Shown here: positions 58,540 through 64,000 of the stretch, piece after piece
Position numbering within the stretch: the first letter of the stretch is position 1
Layout: each line of letters opens with the position of its first letter
Assembly (NCBI GenBank): GCA_951406725.2
Contig: OX597842.1
Coordinates: 16,244,001-16,308,000 of the forward strand
DNA length: 64,000 bases
Direction of reading: 5' to 3'
DNA from: Octopus vulgaris
Lineage: Eukaryota
Program-made: the position numbers and the translations under genes
Notes under the pieces: model-generated
What the model saw: only the letters and a program-made list of their open reading frames with translations
The model's database searches: none
Told to the model about the DNA's origin: nothing

Positions 58540-59129
58540 GCGTATATTACATCCATGTCCGTATTCGGAGAAGAGTTTGTGCCAGTTGATGACTTTTCGA
58601 TCCCAGGCTGGCTCTTCCCTGGGGGACGCGCTTCCAGATTAACCATGGGGATTTGGTATACTTCCTAGCCATAGATGTTATCTTCCTAGCCATAGATCCT
58701 AGCCATAGATGTAATTGTGGGTGGTCTATTTCTTAAACATATACTGGGGCAGAAACTACTAAGATTATGTTTATCTAGGTATTCATTGTTACATGTCAGT
58801 CTAAGTAGGAGGCCCAGTTCCTCAGTGTTGACATTACGGAACTCCACCGCCATATATACATAAACTAATATAAAATGTTCCCACGGCCCCCACACATTGG
58901 TGGTAGTGACCACTCTGAGAAGCGCTGCTCTATATTCCTGCAGACACTATCGCATCTATTGACTGCCATCCTGTCATTCTAACTTCCAATATTTCAATTA
59001 TGAAGTAAAACGTCATTTAAAAAATCACCTTTGTCCCTTTAGGTGTCTTTCTAGATTCAATGAACACGCAGTACTGTTTTATAAAGCGGGGTTTGATTCC
59101 TATGTGACATATCATGTGTGTTCGTATGT

Positions 59130-59350
59130 GTAAAAATTCTATAAAAACTGGTGTTGCCCTTGACACCAATAAAACCTTCAACTCTGTATGGCAAGAGGAC
59201 TTCTTTAAAAAGTCACCATCCATTTATCGGCTCCATCTGTCTCTCATCTCTTGGACTGAATACCTCCCACCAGAACACCCCATTGCAGTGTGTGATGGAT
59301 TTCTTTCTCACTCACATTCCATCAATTCTGCCATGCCTCAATGTTTGGTT
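59130..59350 (+). mobile_element. Degenerate CR1/Jockey-group RT fragment
   Basis: VALDTNKTFNSVWQ...CDGFLSHSHSINSAMPQ resembles ALDxxKAFDxVWH...INxGVPQG. Confidence 0.55.
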
Positions 59351-60168
59351 AAATAGTTATAAAAATGTCGATGATGAGGATTAGAGAAAAGAGGTGAAGA
59401 AAGAAATGAAATATCATGGACAAATATATGTCACTACTTTTCATATTGTGTATAAAACATTTCATATTGTGTATAAAATAATAAACAGTCAAATTTGAGA
59501 AGGCAATAAACAGAACAACTTACTATTGTTGGATCCTTTCTTATTAATTTTTTAACCCCTTCAATGTCATCCTCCCAAATTTTCTGTCTGATATTCGCTG
59601 TCTTTTGAATAAAATCAGTCAAAAAAATAAAGCAAAACAGTTTTAAAAAAGCTTATAAAATGAGTTAAACAACAATAAGCAGAAGTTGATGGTTCTAAAA
59701 TCTTGCATAAGATAACATTGATATTGTAAACTTCAGTTTATCTAAAGTATTATTCATAGCTGAATGTTCTTCTTGACAGTAATAGACCTAACAACAATCA
59801 TTGTCTTGTCTCTAGGTTAGCTATATCCTCTGCTTACAACTTGAGCTTTAAATATGTGGATCATACCCCAGCTAAGGTGGGGGACACTTTATATAAAAAA
59901 AACAAATTAATTCTCTAAAGAAAGGTAAATTTAGGAAAACTAGCAAAAGAATCAATGAAACAGAGTTTGTTCAATAAAACCTCCTGTATTGATCTTTGAT
60001 TTGATCTCATCTACTTTGCTAATATTTCGACAGACACTCTCTGCTTTCTCTTCTCCAATTCCTTTTCCTCTTTTTTTCCTCTCCTTTCCTTTCCAACAAG
60101 TGATTACTTTATAAATGTTTGCAAATATCTTTATGACTATTTCATAATTATTAAATAAATTTCCATTA

Positions 60169-60217
<49 letters not shown>

Positions 60218-61614
60218 TAACATCATCATCATCATCATCACCACATACCGTCAACCTTCCATGCCTTCATGAGGAAGATGGACGACAGGAGCCGTCCAGG
60301 TAGAAAAAAACCACCCTGGGCTACTGTCTATTTCATCAGGTATTTTACTGCTGGATGCCCTTCCAAACGCCAACCACCAGTTTTGTCCCACTTTATGATA
60401 CCTTAGGCAAGTACCTTCTTCCTAAATCCCATGGTTGACCAAGGCTTCTGAGTGGATTAAATAGACATAATCTGAGAGAAGCCCATCGTACACTGCTGGA
60501 CAAAATCTGAGGACCAGTGAAAAAACTGCCAAAATGAAGTGTTTGTGTGTGTGTGAGTGTACGTAAGCATATATATATATGCACACACCAGCTTGAGTGT
60601 GTGTGTGTATGTTTCCATTTGCTGTTACTGAAAATTGCTCAGCTATGAAAGATTAGATTATCATTTTCCCTCTTAATAGACAAACCATTGGAATAAGTGA
60701 TCCCTTGAACAACTGGTAAGGGTTAATAACATGAAGAGGATCCAGATCCAAAAAGAATGAATCAATAATATACTCATACAACCCATGCTAGTATGGAGGA
60801 AAGGTGTAAAACGATTGCTTTCTATGCATATACGTACATATATAAGTCTATGTATGTGTATACTCGTGTGCATGCGTGAGTAGCTGTATGGCATAGTGAT
60901 TCGGGTGTTACCCTCACAAGAGCTAGATCGTGGGTTTGATTTTTGCAATGCCCTTCCTTTACCAAGAGAAGAAACGACAGAGGCTGGAGTCCCAAGCCAT
61001 TAGAAAAGCCAGCTTAACAGAATATACGTTAACAGAACAACTTCACCGTAACGCAGATAGAAATGCCCGCTCCAGAGAACAGGAAACATTAAAAGTAACG
61101 ACAAGTCAGATTGGAATTTAGAATTTTATCCTTTGAAGAGCGACTAGTAACCTTTAACTAAGATCTTAATACATAAGCATTACGATAGATGCTTTATGAA
61201 TCCATTTGTGTAGAGTACACACTGGGTCAAAGGTCGGGTGAGCGCTTGTATATATTATAAATACACAAATTTGGTGATTTGTTTAGTCTACTTCTTTTCC
61301 TCAAGAGCTTCATGCATTAGTGAACAGTCAACAGCGTTGGAGACCATGGAGATTAAATTTCTGAATATTTGAAAAGAGTTTCCTGTATCATTGTAAATTT
61401 TGGTGGATATCAAAATGCCGACATCATGACTGACGCTCAATGCTCTGTGAATACTGTAAAGGCTGTGAGATGTGACACACGCATGAGACTGTGAATCTGT
61501 AGCTACTGGGAAGGGACATAGTAGGAGTTCTGATTGTGTCTGCACCACACCACAATTCATTTCCACATCGTTGAACATCGTCAATTCACTCAGCTTTCTG
61601 AAACTGCAATAAAC

Positions 61615-61965
61615 TGTAGGCTGGAAAGGATTGCCATTGGAAGGTCATATGTGTGGCAGCAAGATTCATCTCTTCGTCATACCGCTGGAAGGAGCCAGAC
61701 GTGATTGTTGGAGATTTTCTACGGCTTCCCCAGCCCGAATTTCTGGTCTTCTAATTCCCCTGATTGTAATACCCTGGATTACTATGTGATGGGCGCAATT
61801 GAGAAAGATACCAACCACTCTTCCAGCAGCACTAAGTCCAAGCTGATGACCTAGATCAAAGAGGGGTTCGAAAATCTCCCCAAGGACATAGTGAGGTATG
61901 CATATGCCAGGCTTTGAAGACGTGTTGAGGCTGTGGCGGAAGTCAAGGGCAGATAATTTCAGTAT
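61615..61965 (+). mobile_element. maT/DD37D transposase C-terminal fragment
   Basis: YVWQQD-37 residues (including one stop)-D in SPDCNTLDYYV. Confidence 0.8.
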
Positions 61966-62317
61966 ATCTCTCAGCCAAAACCTAGTTTTGACAGGTTTTG
62001 AATTTTTAAAATGCTCGATTTTGGATGTGATAAGGAGTTTTATTTTGTGAAAACTGTCAAATGTATTCTTGTGTTCTTTTTACTTGCTTCAGTCATTTGA
62101 CTGCGACCATGCAGGAGCACCACTATTAGGCGAGCATATCGATCCCACGATATATTCTTTGTAAACCTATTTCTTATTCTCAGTCTCTTTCCCGAACCGC
62201 TAAATTAGAGGGATGTAAACACACCATCATCGGGTGTCAAGCGATGTTGGCGGGGAGATAAACACAGATACACAAACACTAACGCACACATACACACATA
62301 TACTACACACACACACT

Positions 62318-62388
<71 letters not shown>

Positions 62389-62540
62389 CGGGCTTCTTTC
62401 AGTTTTCGTCTACCAAATCCAGTCACAAGCCTTTGATTGGCCCGAGGCTATAGTAGAAAACACTTGCCGAAGGTGCCACGTAGTGGGACTCAACCCAGAT
62501 CCATTTGGTTGCTAAGCAAGCTTCTTATCACACCTACGCA

Positions 62541-62599
<59 letters not shown>

Positions 62600-62929
62600 G
62601 TGCGTGTGCGTATCCAAACTGGGTTTTTATTCATGTTTGTTACAGCTCTGGTTGCGATCTCTCAACTGTATAGAAGCCGTCAGTTTATCGAAATTTCCTT
62701 GGCAATTTGATTTGGGAAAAAGTGTACAAATCTCGATGCCAACACATTGTTACTGTTTCTTATTGTACACTGTCCTCTTATGTTCTACAAAAACCTGCCA
62801 CACACTGCTTAACGCTTACAGACCTGGATCTTATTCCTTTATAGAGAGAGAGATATTGACACAAACACACGCACATATACATACACATATTAGACACAGG
62901 AGTAACTGTGGCAAGAAGCAGTTATCTTC

Positions 62930-64000
62930 TGTTATAGCCGTGAGCTGACCAAAGCCTTCTATGGTGAGTGCATCTCCGACCGGGTCGATCAATTTGCTCA
63001 ATAGAGTAGTATTGTTCGTATACGCCAGGTTTGTAAAATGGCTAAGTCTCGAAGGCACCACCAGATACTTTCTTACAGACCTTGGCCATCAGACAATCGA
63101 TGACACAGTTGATATGATGACCAGGGGTGGCCTTGCAATCTTTTTGATCCCTTGTTAATGGAAAACCAGTCAGAATCCTTGCCGTTCACCCGCACGCAGC
63201 ACTCGGTACTGCTATACACCTGTTGGAACAGGGTGGTGATCTTGGGAGGCGCGCCGACAAGCTTGAGAACTTTCGATTACTGGTTGGGACACTCATATTT
63301 AAGTTGCAAGTGAATCTCGTCACAGAGAACTATCCCCGCCATGATTGCTCCTGTCTCCATGATCCTAACATCGCGCCTCAATATTCGCGGGTTCTTTGAT
63401 CAATCGCTTCATTACCCTGGCTGACAATGAGACTGTCAACTGAGAGATCTTCAAATCAAATGTCAACCAGTCTGCACATTATTTCCTGGTAAACACAATA
63501 CTTCTTCCGAAGGATCTTGAAGATAATCAATTACCACCGGGAGGCTCGAATGCGTGGCGACATGAATGAGTACAGGAGAATCGACCCGAAATGCAGCAAT
63601 GCCCATCTCAGATAAAAGAGGGAAATTCTGGGCAGAAGAAGCCGAACGTGTGTAGGCAGCATCAAAGAACGACGACATACACCAGGTGTTGAACATGCTC
63701 CAAAGAGCCTGTGCTTGTCTCCAGTTCAAAACAGCACAGGTGAAGGATACCAATGACAACGCCGTCGTCAAGGAAACAACCTGCTTCAAACGCTGGAAGG
63801 AGAACTTTAGCCTTCTTCTTCATCACCCAACTGTTCCTATCCATCGCAGCCTAACCGTCGCTATAGACTCATCCGCAACCACATTACTTACAGGTTGTGT
63901 CCTATCACCCGGACGTGGTCAGGGCCACCCTGAAGAAGCTCAACAACAGCAAAGCCCCTGGAATCTACACTATCACTGCAGAGATTTTGAAGGCGGGCGG
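62930..64000. mobile_element. Degenerate RTE-like RT in two oppositely oriented pieces
   Basis: Plus strand 63465-64000: RWKENF..LL, LKKLNNSKAPGIYTITAEILKAG. Minus strand 63450-62930: VRVNGKDSDWFSINKG, LAYTNN (YADD-like). Confidence 0.65.

Overview
Eukaryotic, AT-rich, repeat-saturated genomic DNA. The tRNA-derived SINE families and microsatellite load point to an octopus-like coleoid cephalopod (inference). Almost every ORF in the supplied track is a microsatellite or SINE artefact. The real content is one spliced minus-strand gene (29788 to <1193) that the ORF track largely misses. It consists of a signal peptide + LRRNT exon, 11 intact 72-nt exons each encoding one 24-aa leucine-rich repeat (all phase 2-2, canonical AG/GT), an LRRCT exon and a Cys-rich (Ly6/uPAR-like start) exon. 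Spliced by hand these give 1236 nt / 412 aa with no stop, and the gene probably continues past the left edge. The LRR array shows active exon birth and death: a near-perfect recent duplicate exon, a tandem copy from which two exons were deleted, a frameshifted pseudo-exon, two interleaved exon classes, mostly non-synonymous divergence at concave-face positions, and a shared intronic motif after the donors. The rest of the window holds SINEs, R4/Dong-like, RTE and Penelope retroelement relics (with hammerhead-ribozyme motifs), Gypsy, Tc1/mariner, hAT and Helitron fragments, and long microsatellites. Coordinates were read by eye: exon ends were checked against splice dinucleotides, repeat ends are approximate.
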